Assembly: GCA_002319885.1 (NCBI GenBank)
Contig: DCFT01000079.1
Span: 18,658 to 82,657, forward strand
DNA from: Bacteroidales bacterium UBA1797
GTDB taxonomy: Bacteria; Bacteroidota; Bacteroidia; Bacteroidales; VadinHA17
Direction of reading: 5' to 3'
DNA: 64,000 nucleotides
Shown here: positions 38,798-48,499 of the stretch, in pieces
Layout: the number at the start of each line of letters is the position of its first letter
Numbering within the stretch: the first letter of the stretch is position 1
Made by a program: the position numbers and the translations under genes
The notes under the pieces: generated by a model
Databases searched by the model: none
The model's input: the letters and a program-made list of their open reading frames with translations, nothing else
What the model was told of the DNA's origin: nothing

Positions 38798-39187
38798 ATG
38801 GAAATCACTTTCGAAGGCGGCAAGGTTGTAACTGCTCATTCGCACGGACATATTATAAAAACCGATCAATCTGTAAGCAATGGTGGTCAAAACACAGCTC
38901 CTTCACCTTTTGAACTATTCCTGGCCTCGATTGGAACATGCTCAGGAATTTATGTAAAATCATTTTGTGATAACCGACATATCGCAACGGATAATATTAA
39001 AATAATTCAGACAGTTGAATTCGACGAAGAAACCGGCTTACCGGTTAATATTAAGCTGGATATAAAACTTCCGCCGGATTTCCCCGATAAGTATAAAGAA
39101 GCAGTGATTTCGGTGGCCGAATTATGCAAGGTAAAGAAAAGTATAGCTTCACCTCCGGCTTTTGAAATTATTTCTTCGTCAATTTAA
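38798..39187 (+). CDS. OsmC/Ohr-family protein
   Basis: ATG at 38798 (MEITFEGGKVV...); the track's earlier start overlaps the divergent gene. GGQNTAPSPFELFLASIGTCSGIY and a second conserved Cys in VAELCKV. Confidence 0.72.
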   Translation: MEITFEGGKVVTAHSHGHIIKTDQSVSNGGQNTAPSPFELFLASIGTCSGIYVKSFCDNRHIATDNIKIIQTVEFDEETGLPVNIKLDIKLPPDFPDKYKEAVISVAELCKVKKSIASPPAFEIISSSI

Positions 39188-39223
39188 TTCTTTATAGAAA
39201 TCTTCCATATCCAAGGTTGAATT

Positions 39224-39281
39224 TCTCGCTAAGCCGCAAAGCCGCTAAGTTTCATTTTTGCGACTCTGCGTCTTTGCGAGA
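39224..39281. repeat. REP-like CGCAAAG/CTTTGCG hairpin element (copy 4)
   Basis: tctcgc (39224-39229) pairs with gcgaga (39276-39281). cgcaaag (39235-39241) pairs with ctttgcg (39272-39278). It lies between the convergent OsmC and xylA genes. Confidence 0.55.
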
Positions 39282-39291
39282 CTTCAAATTT

Positions 39292-40614
39292 TTAGGCCAG
39301 GTACATATTAATCAGCTGTTCGTAAAGCTCCTGTTTACCACTTCTTGTTTCAGGTTCTCCCAGCTCATAAGCAATATCTCTCAGTTGTGAGAGAGTAAGT
39401 TTGCCTTTTTCAAAATCTTTCCCTGCTCCTTTATCAAACGATTCATATCTTTTCTTTCTCATTTTAAGATAATCGCTGTTCTTCAGAATTTTATCTGCTA
39501 TAACCAGGGCTCTTGCGAATGTATCCATACCGCTGACATGGGCAATAAAAAGATCTTCGGGATCTGTTGAATTGCGTCTGACTTTTGCATCAAAATTGAT
39601 ACCTCCTTTTGTAAACCCGCCAGCCTGCAAAATAACCATCATAGCCTCTGTGATCTCATAAATGTTTGTAGGAAACTCATCCGTATCCCATCCATTCTGG
39701 TAATCGCCTTTATTTGCGTCAATGCTCCCCAGCAAACCTGCATCAGCAGCCACCTGAAGTTCATGCTGGAATGTATGACCGGCAAGAGTGGCATGGTTAA
39801 CCTCAATATTAAGTTTAAAATCTTTATCAAGTTCATGGTGACGCAGGAAGCCGATAATTGTGGCTACATCAAAGTCGTACTGATGTTTTGAAGGCTCCAT
39901 AGGTTTAGGCTCGATCAGGAATGTACCTTTAAACCCTATTTTTCTTCCATAATCGCGCGCCAGTGAAAGCATCATACCCATGTGTTCTAGCTCCCTTTTC
40001 ATATTTGTGTTATGAAGACTCATATAGCCTTCCCTGCCCCCCCAGAATACATAATTTTCCCCACCCAGGGCAACTGTTGCATGTATAGCGTTCTTGAGCT
40101 GAACTGCTGCATTTGCCACAACAGCAAAGTCAGGATTCGTGGCAGCCCCATTCATGTACCTAGGATTTGAAAAAAGATTTGCTGTTCCCCATAAGAGTTT
40201 TACCCCTGTCTGTTCCTGCATTTTTTTCATGACAGGAACAATCTTTTCGAGCCTTTTTTCAATTTCGAAAACTGTACCGCTTCCTACAATATCAGTATCA
40301 TGAAAACAATAATACTCTGCACCAATCTTTGTGATAAATTCAAAAGCAGCATCAAGCCGAGGTCTTATTTTATCATCATTATCAGCGTCTTTCCACGGAT
40401 ACAACCTTGTAGCATCACCGAAAGGATCCGAACCGTCACCGCAGAATGAGTGCCAGTAAGCAACGGCAAATCGCAGATGATCTTTCATCTTCTTTCCGTC
40501 TATTTCCTCTTCAGGATTATACCATCTGAAAGAAAGCGGGTTTTTGGATTTCTTTCCTTCGAATTCAATCTTCCCGATGCCGGGATATGCCTCTTTTTTC
40601 GCTTTGTAAATCAT
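39292..40614 (-). CDS. xylA: Xylose isomerase
   Basis: 440 aa. [25 protein letters not shown], and a metal-site HATLAGHTF ... WDTDEF pattern. Confidence 0.95.
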   Translation of the reverse strand: MIYKAKKEAYPGIGKIEFEGKKSKNPLSFRWYNPEEEIDGKKMKDHLRFAVAYWHSFCGDGSDPFGDATRLYPWKDADNDDKIRPRLDAAFEFITKIGAEYYCFHDTDIVGSGTVFEIEKRLEKIVPVMKKMQEQTGVKLLWGTANLFSNPRYMNGAATNPDFAVVANAAVQLKNAIHATVALGGENYVFWGGREGYMSLHNTNMKRELEHMGMMLSLARDYGRKIGFKGTFLIEPKPMEPSKHQYDFDVATIIGFLRHHELDKDFKLNIEVNHATLAGHTFQHELQVAADAGLLGSIDANKGDYQNGWDTDEFPTNIYEITEAMMVILQAGGFTKGGINFDAKVRRNSTDPEDLFIAHVSGMDTFARALVIADKILKNSDYLKMRKKRYESFDKGAGKDFEKGKLTLSQLRDIAYELGEPETRSGKQELYEQLINMYLA

Positions 40615-40650
40615 AATTTATACATTTATGAGAATTTAATATAAAAACAA

Positions 40651-40691
40651 CTAACCACTAAAATCGCAAAGTCTGAGCAAAGCACACAAAG
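40651..40691. repeat. REP-like half element (copy 5, forward-motif arm only)
   Basis: ctaaccac...cgcaaag...gagcaaag...cacaaag, between the xylB stop and the xylA start. Confidence 0.5.
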
Positions 40692-40704
40692 TGAAATCAA
40701 TTAT

Positions 40705-42183
40705 CTAAAGCACGGAAAGCAATGTTTTCCACTTTAAATAAGCTTCTTCATAATACACTTTTTTTAAATTATCAGGTTCTGTAATTCCAACAGTCACCAA
40801 CCCGTTAAATGCTTCTTTTTCAGACTTGTAATAGCCACAACCAATACCGGCTCCCCTGGCAGCGCCCATTGATCCATCAGTATTATACAGATGAATAGCT
40901 GTTCCGGTTATAGATGATAAAGCCTCACGAAAGACCTTACTGAGAAACATATTGGCTTCTCCTGCTCTAATTACTACCGGTTCAATTCCAACCTCTTTCA
41001 TAATATCCAGACCATACCTGAATGAGAATGCTATTCCTTCCTGAGCTGCTCTGAATAAATGGGCTTTGGTGTGAATATTGAAGTTTAAACCTTCAATTTT
41101 TGCATTTCTTTCCTTATTCTCAAGCATTCTTTCAGCTCCATTACCAAAAGGCAGAATAGAGAGCCCATCCGAACCAGGGGCAACTTTTTCAGCCATATTA
41201 TTTATATCATCATAGGATTGTGCACAACCAACATTCTTCCTGAGCCACGAATTTAGTATCCCAGCCCCATTAATACATAGAAGGACGCCAAGCCTGGTCT
41301 GCGACTTAGTATGGTTTACATGTAAAAAAGTATTTACTCTTGAAAGGGAATCAAATTTTTTCTTATCAGTAACACCATAAATAACTCCTGATGTACCGGC
41401 AGTAGCCGCTACTTCTCCCGGGTTAATTACATTAAGAGAAAGTGCATTGTTAGGCTGATCACCTGCCCTGTAAGAAACAGGTATTCCTTCTGGCAATCCC
41501 AGTTCGTTAGCAACAGATTTTAATAATTGCCCGCTAATTGAAAATGATGGTTTTGCTTCTGGTAAAAGATTTAAATCAAATCCATAATAATTCATTAGTT
41601 CTTCCGACACTTTGCCAAGTGAGAAATCCCAGAAAATACCTTCTGAAAGCCCTGTAAATGATGTACTTATTTCTCCGGTCAGTTTTAATGCAATATAATC
41701 ACCAGGCAACATTGCTTTATATATGCTTGAAAACACTTCCGGCTCATTCTCCTTAACCCATGCAAGTTTTGAAGCTGTAAAATTTCCCGGAGAATTTAGA
41801 AGATGAGACAGACAGAATTCCTTACCTATTGAACTTAAGGCTTTTTCCCCATATCCTACAGCCCTGCTGTCGCACCATATAATTGAATTGCGCAAAACCT
41901 TACTGTTTTTATCAACAACAACAAGGCCATGCATCTGATAAGAAACTCCAATAGCGCCAATTTCATTTTTCTTTTCACCGAGCTTTTGCAGGCACTCACC
42001 TATGGCAATTTTCAGATTGGACCACCATACCTCAGGGTTCTGTTCTGCCCAGCCTGGTTTCAGAGCTATAATTTTCATCTCATCTAAAGGGGAGTAAGCT
42101 GTTGCCAGACATTTGCCCGACTCTCCGTCAATAACTGAAGCCTTTACAGAAGAGCTTCCAAGATCAATTCCCAGCAATAACAT
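40705..42183 (-). CDS. xylB: Xylulokinase (FGGY family)
   Basis: 492 aa. MLLLGIDLGSSSVKASV, MHGLVVVD, GTSGVIYG. Sits directly upstream of xylA. Confidence 0.88.
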   Translation of the reverse strand: MLLLGIDLGSSSVKASVIDGESGKCLATAYSPLDEMKIIALKPGWAEQNPEVWWSNLKIAIGECLQKLGEKKNEIGAIGVSYQMHGLVVVDKNSKVLRNSIIWCDSRAVGYGEKALSSIGKEFCLSHLLNSPGNFTASKLAWVKENEPEVFSSIYKAMLPGDYIALKLTGEISTSFTGLSEGIFWDFSLGKVSEELMNYYGFDLNLLPEAKPSFSISGQLLKSVANELGLPEGIPVSYRAGDQPNNALSLNVINPGEVAATAGTSGVIYGVTDKKKFDSLSRVNTFLHVNHTKSQTRLGVLLCINGAGILNSWLRKNVGCAQSYDDINNMAEKVAPGSDGLSILPFGNGAERMLENKERNAKIEGLNFNIHTKAHLFRAAQEGIAFSFRYGLDIMKEVGIEPVVIRAGEANMFLSKVFREALSSITGTAIHLYNTDGSMGAARGAGIGCGYYKSEKEAFNGLVTVGITEPDNLKKVYYEEAYLKWKTLLSVL

Positions 42184-42210
42184 ATTATTAGAGTATTTTT
42201 TATGATTTTT

Positions 42211-42286
42211 CTCTGTGAACCTTTTGCGTCTCCCTTTGTGTCACTCAATGTAAGCTCTTTTTCAAAGATAACGCTATAGGTTCACA
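42211..42286. repeat. REP-like element (copy 6, reverse-motif arm plus small hairpin)
   Basis: ctctgtg, cttttgcg, ctttgtg. tgtgaacc (42214-42221) pairs with ggttcaca (42279-42286). It lies in the xylB upstream region. Confidence 0.5.
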
Positions 42287-42553
42287 GTGTGCTACAGCGG
42301 CTAAATTTAAGAAGATTTTTAAGATGAATCAAGAGTAACTCTTATTCTTTCATATTTCTTTTTTACAGTATATCAAACTCCTTCATTGTGATCACACATT
42401 CTACATTCATGCGGGGGTCTTGACCATATTTCCAGGATTCTTTAAGGTACAACATATTAATTCTTATAGATTTCCTGATGCTGATTTTTATCTGGACTAA
42501 GAAATTAGTAAATTTATGGCCTGTAAAAATGTCAATTAATACACACACTTATT

Positions 42554-44077
42554 ATGAAATCAATATTTCTTCTCATGCTTAGTAGTCTATTAAATATCGC
42601 ATCAGCACAGAATACCCCTGTAGGAATATTTAATGGTAATTCAGATATAGGCAATCCTAAAAAAGCTGGTTCCTCAGTCTACAATAAGGCTGATCAGAGC
42701 TATGTATTAAAAGGAGCCGGATATAACATCTGGTTTGACAGAGATGAATTTCATTATCTCTTCAATAAGATAAAAGGAGATTTTATCCTTACAGCGAACT
42801 TCGAATTTATTGGAAAAGGGAAAAACCCTCACCGGAAAACAGGATGGATGGTCAGAGAGACAACAGATGCAAAATCATCGCACATTTCTGCTACTCTTCA
42901 TGGCAGCGGATTAACTGTTCTTCAATGGCGGGTTTCAGAAGGAGCTGACATGAGAGATCCTCAGGATGAGATATTTGCGAAGGACTCATCGTTTAATGTT
43001 ATTCAGATTGAAAGAGCCGGGAAGAACATAATTATGAGAGCGGCACATAGCGGCAAGCCACTTGAGATAATTGGTTCACATGAAATGGGAAATATGCCGG
43101 ACGAGGTATTGGTAGGTCCGTTCATCTGTTCCCATGATTCAGATATAGTAGAAGCCGTAAAAGTATGGAATGTAAGAATTGACCAACCAGTTTCCGATGA
43201 TTATGATCCTTATAAATCCCCGCCTCTTGGCTGCAGAATGGAGACCATGACAGTAGCAGATGGCAAAAGGAAAGTAATTTATGAAAAACCAGGCAGGTTT
43301 GAAGCACCCAACTGGATGCCTGATGGGAAAAAACTACTCTTTAATATGGACGGTTTGTTGTATAAAATTCCTGTCGCAGGCGGTATACCGGAAAAACTTA
43401 ATACTGATTTTGCTAAAAGCATCAATAATGACCATGGAATCTCGTTCAATGGTAAACTGCTGGCGATAAGCAACTCCCGCCAGGGTTTCCCGGGTGGAGG
43501 TTCAACAGTTTATGTTCTTCCTCTTGAAGGTGGCATTCCAAAATTGATAACCGAGAATACTCCATCTTACTTTCATGGATGGGCGCCAAATAACACGGAA
43601 TTGGTTTATGTTGCTATGCGCGATGGAAAAACAGTATACAACATTTACAGAAATTCTATTGAAGGGGGTAAAGAAGTGGCTTTGACTGACATTAAGCCTG
43701 GTCAGCATGTTGATGGCTGTGAATATTCACCCGACGGAAAGTATATATATTATAATGGTCATTATTCAGGTACAATGCAAATCTGGCGCATAAAACCCGA
43801 TGGAACAGGAAAGGAACAGCTGACATTCGACAATTACAACAACTGGTTCCCGCATATCTCACCCGATGGTAAATGGATGGTAATCATATCATTTCCTGCA
43901 GATATCGACCCGAACAGTCATCCGTCTTATAAACGTTGTTTGTTAAGAATTTTGCCGGTTGATGGAGGAGAACCACGTGTATTAGCATATCTGTATGGCG
44001 GCCAGGGAACTATTAATGTTGCTTCATGGTCACCCGACAGCAAACAGATCGCATTTGTGAGTAATTCGGGAAAATAG
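42554..44077 (+). CDS. Secreted two-domain protein: N-terminal concanavalin/LamG-like (DUF1349-like) domain plus TolB-type PD40 beta-propeller
   Basis: 507 aa with a signal peptide. C-terminal repeats with SPDG/WSPD signatures (YSPDGKYIYY, ISPDGKWMVI, WSPDSKQIAF, WMPDGKKLLF). Confidence 0.65.
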   Translation: MKSIFLLMLSSLLNIASAQNTPVGIFNGNSDIGNPKKAGSSVYNKADQSYVLKGAGYNIWFDRDEFHYLFNKIKGDFILTANFEFIGKGKNPHRKTGWMVRETTDAKSSHISATLHGSGLTVLQWRVSEGADMRDPQDEIFAKDSSFNVIQIERAGKNIIMRAAHSGKPLEIIGSHEMGNMPDEVLVGPFICSHDSDIVEAVKVWNVRIDQPVSDDYDPYKSPPLGCRMETMTVADGKRKVIYEKPGRFEAPNWMPDGKKLLFNMDGLLYKIPVAGGIPEKLNTDFAKSINNDHGISFNGKLLAISNSRQGFPGGGSTVYVLPLEGGIPKLITENTPSYFHGWAPNNTELVYVAMRDGKTVYNIYRNSIEGGKEVALTDIKPGQHVDGCEYSPDGKYIYYNGHYSGTMQIWRIKPDGTGKEQLTFDNYNNWFPHISPDGKWMVIISFPADIDPNSHPSYKRCLLRILPVDGGEPRVLAYLYGGQGTINVASWSPDSKQIAFVSNSGK

Positions 44078-44091
44078 CTCCAAAGGGGGAA

Positions 44092-46665
44092 CTAACTAAT
44101 TACATATTTCTTTACACTTATATCTCCATAGACGGTATTAAGGAATGGTTTGCCGTTTTTCATACCAACATTTCCAAAGCCGGTTTCTGTTGAGATAAAA
44201 CTTGTAAAGTCATCTTTCCCTGCCTTAATAAACAGTTCCTGTGCTACTGCATCATATCTTATCCCGGTTAAACCCTGCAGCATACCATAGCTCGATAGGG
44301 CCCGGGCATACCAGTGCCCACATTCATATTCATCAAAAGGATTCCTTATTCTGCCGTCATATCTGTTACGACAGGCCCTCACAATCTCAAGGGCTTTTTC
44401 TGTCTCACCAATCATCATAAGGTGGGATGCAACCTGATATTCTATACCTGTCCATACTTCATTACTATACACAAAAGGAAGTGAAAGCATCTCTCCTTTC
44501 GGCCATGTGCATAACAGAAGTCCTCCTTCTTTTCCAAGAGCATAAGAAGGTCGTTGTGGATTTGAATGTTCTGTGAGATCGGGTCTGAAGTTGTATTTAT
44601 GAACTGAATTAAGATGGCTGGCAAGCTTAACAGGGTCAACTATATTTTTTAAACCGCAGACCTCAGCAATCCATATCCCAAGAGCTCCGTCAGAAAGGCA
44701 TCCTTTACCGTACTGGTATTTGGGTCCCTCTCTTTCCAGCAATTCCTTTGCCTCTGGCGAATAGTCTGAATTCCATGCCCCTTTCGATGCCGCCACAGGA
44801 TCGGGAGCATTCAGACCCTTCCACATAATTTTTTGCATAAAATACTCGCCGTCGAAGAGATCTGTTTCAAGTGACTTCCTTCCTTTTTCAAAAAGTGACT
44901 GATATTTTTTCACATCCTCACCCATGAATGCTCCCATCTCAGAAACAGCTTTTAATGCCCCGAGATAAAAACCTGTACACATACCATCGGGTCCCCAGAA
45001 TTCTATGTCGTATGTATTATGATGGGGTTCTTCCAGTGTTCCTGTAGACCGGGGATCCCAGGTATGAATACAATAGTCAATGCTTTTCACCACCTGAGGA
45101 TACATCTTTTTCATCCAGTTACTATCACCACTGATCCTCCACTCCCGGTAGATCTTCATTATTCCTCCAAGCTGTCCGTCAGAAGCTGCATAAAAGCTAT
45201 TTGCAACAGGCCTGATAGGAAGGGCTGACCGGAAAGTCTGGTGACCATCATTATCCTGACTGGCGAAAAACTCAGTCTCACGGAGTGTACGTTCAAGTTT
45301 AGGGAAAAGATGTGGAATAGCCTGGGCATAGTTCCATACATGGGTGCACGACCCTTCGCAACATCCCGAATTATCACCGCAACCTTCCCAGCTCCACAGC
45401 TTACCATCGGGTTGTCTTAACACAGTAGGTGATTTAAGGATACTCAGATTGGCCGCAACTGACTCAATAACTTCGCCAGGGAGCGTACAGTTAAAGAACG
45501 ATTCTTTAAATAAAACAGACTTATTTCTAAGATCAGCATAGTTCGTTTTCCAGAATGTTATAACTTCCTCTACCGTTTTGAAACTGGCTGAATACCAGGG
45601 TTTATAAAATGGGTCCCTGCAGGAACAGTTCGCTGCAGTACATTTTTCTTTATCCTTTTCTTCAGAATCCCTGCCTAATCTAAGATCTGTATCAGGGACA
45701 TACCAGGCCATCATCAGTCTTATAACTTTTGTTTCCCCCGGATTCAGGTTAAATGGAATATATAATGATGCACCGGGAGCTCCTTTTTCTACGGGATCTT
45801 TTTGTCGTATTTCCCCTTTCATAATTGTTTCCCAGGTAATGGTGAGAGGATCCCACCAGCCTCCTCTGAACCAGCAATGATCAACGATTGTTCCGGGTTC
45901 ATTGGTAAAAATGGCAAAATCTCCATATGTTTGAGGTTTATCTTTTACACCCTCTTCAGAAAGGATAAAACCATTACTGACTGATCTTATTTTGTTAACA
46001 CCATTTTTCTGACTCATAAAATTCCTTGAATTATACGAGAAAATAGTTTCAATCCGTGAATCACCCCTGTTTTTGAATGAATATTCAACTGCTCCTACAG
46101 GTAAACTTGAATTGTCGGCATCGGTTGGAATAAAAGGACTCCAGCCGGTAAGCTGGATATCAATTGGAATATCATCATCCTGCAATTCAATTACAGCAAA
46201 TGGAAACCTCGGAGTAAACCTTGTATTCCGGAACCTTGGCAACCCATAATCAGTTCCGCCGGATCCATTCGCCGAATCGGGCTGACCAAATTTTTTCCAG
46301 TCAGGGACCTGGCCTTCAATAACTTTTGTTCCATTTTTCAACCCTTTCACCGATATTGCAGCAAACATACACGGTTCATTATAAACTTCAGGACGGTTAC
46401 GAACAGACATATGAGAAATACCCCCAGTGCCTTCAAGACAGAACATACCTGCACCGATCCCCCCAATCGGGAAAGCAATACGATCGAGATAATTCCCTGA
46501 ATAATAGCTATTGAATTCATGATGTCCTGTTTCCATTCTACTTTCAGTGACACTGTTTTTTGCAGCACAGGAAGTTAAAAGATTTACAGACCCCATTGTC
46601 CCTATACCGGCGAGAGTTGTATTGGAGATAAATCTGCGCCGGGTGAGTTTGTTATTGGTTTTCAT
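44092..46665 (-). CDS. GH116-family glycoside hydrolase (GBA2-like fold), Tat-signal lipoprotein
   Basis: 857 aa. TRRRFISNTTLAGIG...LTSCAA. N-domain hallmark FPIGGIGAGMFCLEGTGGISHMSVRNRP. C-terminal (alpha/alpha)6 region with EGCGDNSGCCEGSCTHVWNYAQ. Confidence 0.78.
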   Translation of the reverse strand: MKTNNKLTRRRFISNTTLAGIGTMGSVNLLTSCAAKNSVTESRMETGHHEFNSYYSGNYLDRIAFPIGGIGAGMFCLEGTGGISHMSVRNRPEVYNEPCMFAAISVKGLKNGTKVIEGQVPDWKKFGQPDSANGSGGTDYGLPRFRNTRFTPRFPFAVIELQDDDIPIDIQLTGWSPFIPTDADNSSLPVGAVEYSFKNRGDSRIETIFSYNSRNFMSQKNGVNKIRSVSNGFILSEEGVKDKPQTYGDFAIFTNEPGTIVDHCWFRGGWWDPLTITWETIMKGEIRQKDPVEKGAPGASLYIPFNLNPGETKVIRLMMAWYVPDTDLRLGRDSEEKDKEKCTAANCSCRDPFYKPWYSASFKTVEEVITFWKTNYADLRNKSVLFKESFFNCTLPGEVIESVAANLSILKSPTVLRQPDGKLWSWEGCGDNSGCCEGSCTHVWNYAQAIPHLFPKLERTLRETEFFASQDNDGHQTFRSALPIRPVANSFYAASDGQLGGIMKIYREWRISGDSNWMKKMYPQVVKSIDYCIHTWDPRSTGTLEEPHHNTYDIEFWGPDGMCTGFYLGALKAVSEMGAFMGEDVKKYQSLFEKGRKSLETDLFDGEYFMQKIMWKGLNAPDPVAASKGAWNSDYSPEAKELLEREGPKYQYGKGCLSDGALGIWIAEVCGLKNIVDPVKLASHLNSVHKYNFRPDLTEHSNPQRPSYALGKEGGLLLCTWPKGEMLSLPFVYSNEVWTGIEYQVASHLMMIGETEKALEIVRACRNRYDGRIRNPFDEYECGHWYARALSSYGMLQGLTGIRYDAVAQELFIKAGKDDFTSFISTETGFGNVGMKNGKPFLNTVYGDISVKKYVIS

Positions 46666-46808
46666 ACCATGAAAATAAAATGAGATTATTAAACTGATAA
46701 ATTTAAACGGTAAGCAGATAAATTTATGAAAAAGAGTTTATATCAGCGTTAATTACTTTTAAATAAAAAAAATAACTATTTTTCAACCGGAAGATATATA
46801 CAGGTATA

Positions 46809-47519
46809 ATGCGTTCACGACTTTACGCAATTTTGTCCGTTTTACTGTTTGGGGTTCTTTATTGCTATACTGCAATAGGAGTATTCATTGTTCTTATTCT
46901 TACCCTATTCCATTTGAAAAAGCCGATCCGTTTCCTTTTCCAGATGTGGGCAAAATCAGTTTTCATTATTATGGGAAAAAAATTTCATGTTTATGGAAAG
47001 GAAAACATTAAAAAAGGGGAAAAATATATTCTGGTAGCTAACCATGCGAGCCTTTTTGATATTGTGGCAATTACATCCTTCTACCCTGGAATATCATGGT
47101 TTGGACATGAGCGGCTTCTCAAGGTGCCTGTTTTCAGCAATTTATTGAAAATAATGGATTATGTCCCTTTTAAAGATCCTACTTACAGGAACACAAGAGA
47201 AATGATTGATCAGCTAATTCATAAATCTCAATATCAATCAGTTGCTATTTTTCCGGAAGGAACCAGGACCCTGAATGGAAATATTAATCAGTTTTACAGG
47301 GGATTTATTTACCTTTTTCGCACAAGAGATATTGAAATCTTACCGGTTACACTTAATGGTTTCTATAAACTAAAACCAAAAAACAGGTTTTATATTAATT
47401 TCGGATCAAAACTCGATGTGGTCATTCATAAACCTATTAAAAGAGAAGACTTACTAGGGAAGAATGATAATGAAATAATAGATACCGTTAAAACTGTTAT
47501 TGAATCGGCTTATCATTAG
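46809..47519 (+). CDS. plsC: 1-acyl-sn-glycerol-3-phosphate acyltransferase family (PlsC-like)
   Basis: 236 aa with an N-terminal TM. VANHASLFDI (H-x4-D) and IFPEGTRT. Confidence 0.85.
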   Translation: MRSRLYAILSVLLFGVLYCYTAIGVFIVLILTLFHLKKPIRFLFQMWAKSVFIIMGKKFHVYGKENIKKGEKYILVANHASLFDIVAITSFYPGISWFGHERLLKVPVFSNLLKIMDYVPFKDPTYRNTREMIDQLIHKSQYQSVAIFPEGTRTLNGNINQFYRGFIYLFRTRDIEILPVTLNGFYKLKPKNRFYINFGSKLDVVIHKPIKREDLLGKNDNEIIDTVKTVIESAYH

Positions 47520-47575
47520 CTTTCAGCCTAAAAATATTTTACTCACGAAAATCACCAAGAAAGATAGGTTCAGAT

Positions 47576-48499
47576 ATGGATAACGTAAATAAGGAGTGGG
47601 TTTTTATTATAAACCCTATTGCCGGAAACGGTTTTGCAAACTTGCTGGTGCCTAAGCTCCAGGAGATGATACAAAAACACAATGTTAATGCAGAAATAGT
47701 ATTCACTGAAAGAAGCGGTCACGCAACCCAATTATCACAACAGTATCTCGAGAGAGGTTTTAGAAATATAATTGCTGTAGGTGGTGATGGTACCTTTAAT
47801 GAGGTGGCTCGTCCGCTTATTGATAATAAAGAGGTCACAACAGGTATAATTCCTGCCGGAACAGGAAATGATTTCGTTCAGATCCTGGGTTTTCCAAACC
47901 GTTTTTCAGAAAAAGACTGGGATGTTTTTTTCAACAGGAATATTATCACAATGGATGCTGGATTATGCAATGGCATGATCTTTCTCAATGGCATGGGCCT
48001 TGGATTTGATGCCCAGGTGGCAGCTGAGAATTTTACCGAACCAGGTATGGTAAAAAGAGGAAGCAAGTACAAATATATCTGGCATATAATAAAGACTCTG
48101 TTGTTCTTCAAAGAAAAAAGGATGACAGTTATTACTGAGACAGGCAGACATGAAACGGATTGTTTTATTAACACTATCTCTATAGGAAGACGGTTTGCAG
48201 GTGGATTTTACCTTACGCCGAAAGCAATTGCAAATGACGGATTATTAGATGTATGTATGATAAAGAAACTTTCACTTTTTGAAAGATTTTCAATTCTGCT
48301 TAAAGTCCCTGAAGGAAGGCATATCACTGATAAAAGAGTAAATTATTACCAGACGAAAGGCATCAGTCTTGAGTTCCCTGAGATAGTACCATTTCATGTT
48401 GACGGTGAACTGAACTATTCCGACAGATTTGATGTAACTATTCTGCCGGATACATTAAAAATCATATACAATCCTGATGGAAACCATTTTTTCAAATGA
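47576..48499 (+). CDS. DAGK-catalytic-domain lipid kinase (YegS/BmrU/LCB-kinase-like)
   Basis: 307 aa. FIINPIAGNG, AVGGDGTFNEV, PAGTGNDF. Confidence 0.85.
   Translation: MDNVNKEWVFIINPIAGNGFANLLVPKLQEMIQKHNVNAEIVFTERSGHATQLSQQYLERGFRNIIAVGGDGTFNEVARPLIDNKEVTTGIIPAGTGNDFVQILGFPNRFSEKDWDVFFNRNIITMDAGLCNGMIFLNGMGLGFDAQVAAENFTEPGMVKRGSKYKYIWHIIKTLLFFKEKRMTVITETGRHETDCFINTISIGRRFAGGFYLTPKAIANDGLLDVCMIKKLSLFERFSILLKVPEGRHITDKRVNYYQTKGISLEFPEIVPFHVDGELNYSDRFDVTILPDTLKIIYNPDGNHFFK

Noticed and set aside
40037-40043. C7/G7 homopolymer inside xylA; considered as a slipped-strand phase-variation tract
   Set aside because: It encodes the universally conserved WGGREGY motif (tgg ggg ggc). The frame is intact, so it is a coding constraint rather than a contingency locus.
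42363-42548. 61-aa minus-strand ORF in the xylB / LamG-TolB divergent gap
   Set aside because: It occupies the promoter region of both flanking genes and has a low-complexity hydrophobic/basic composition with no homology signal.
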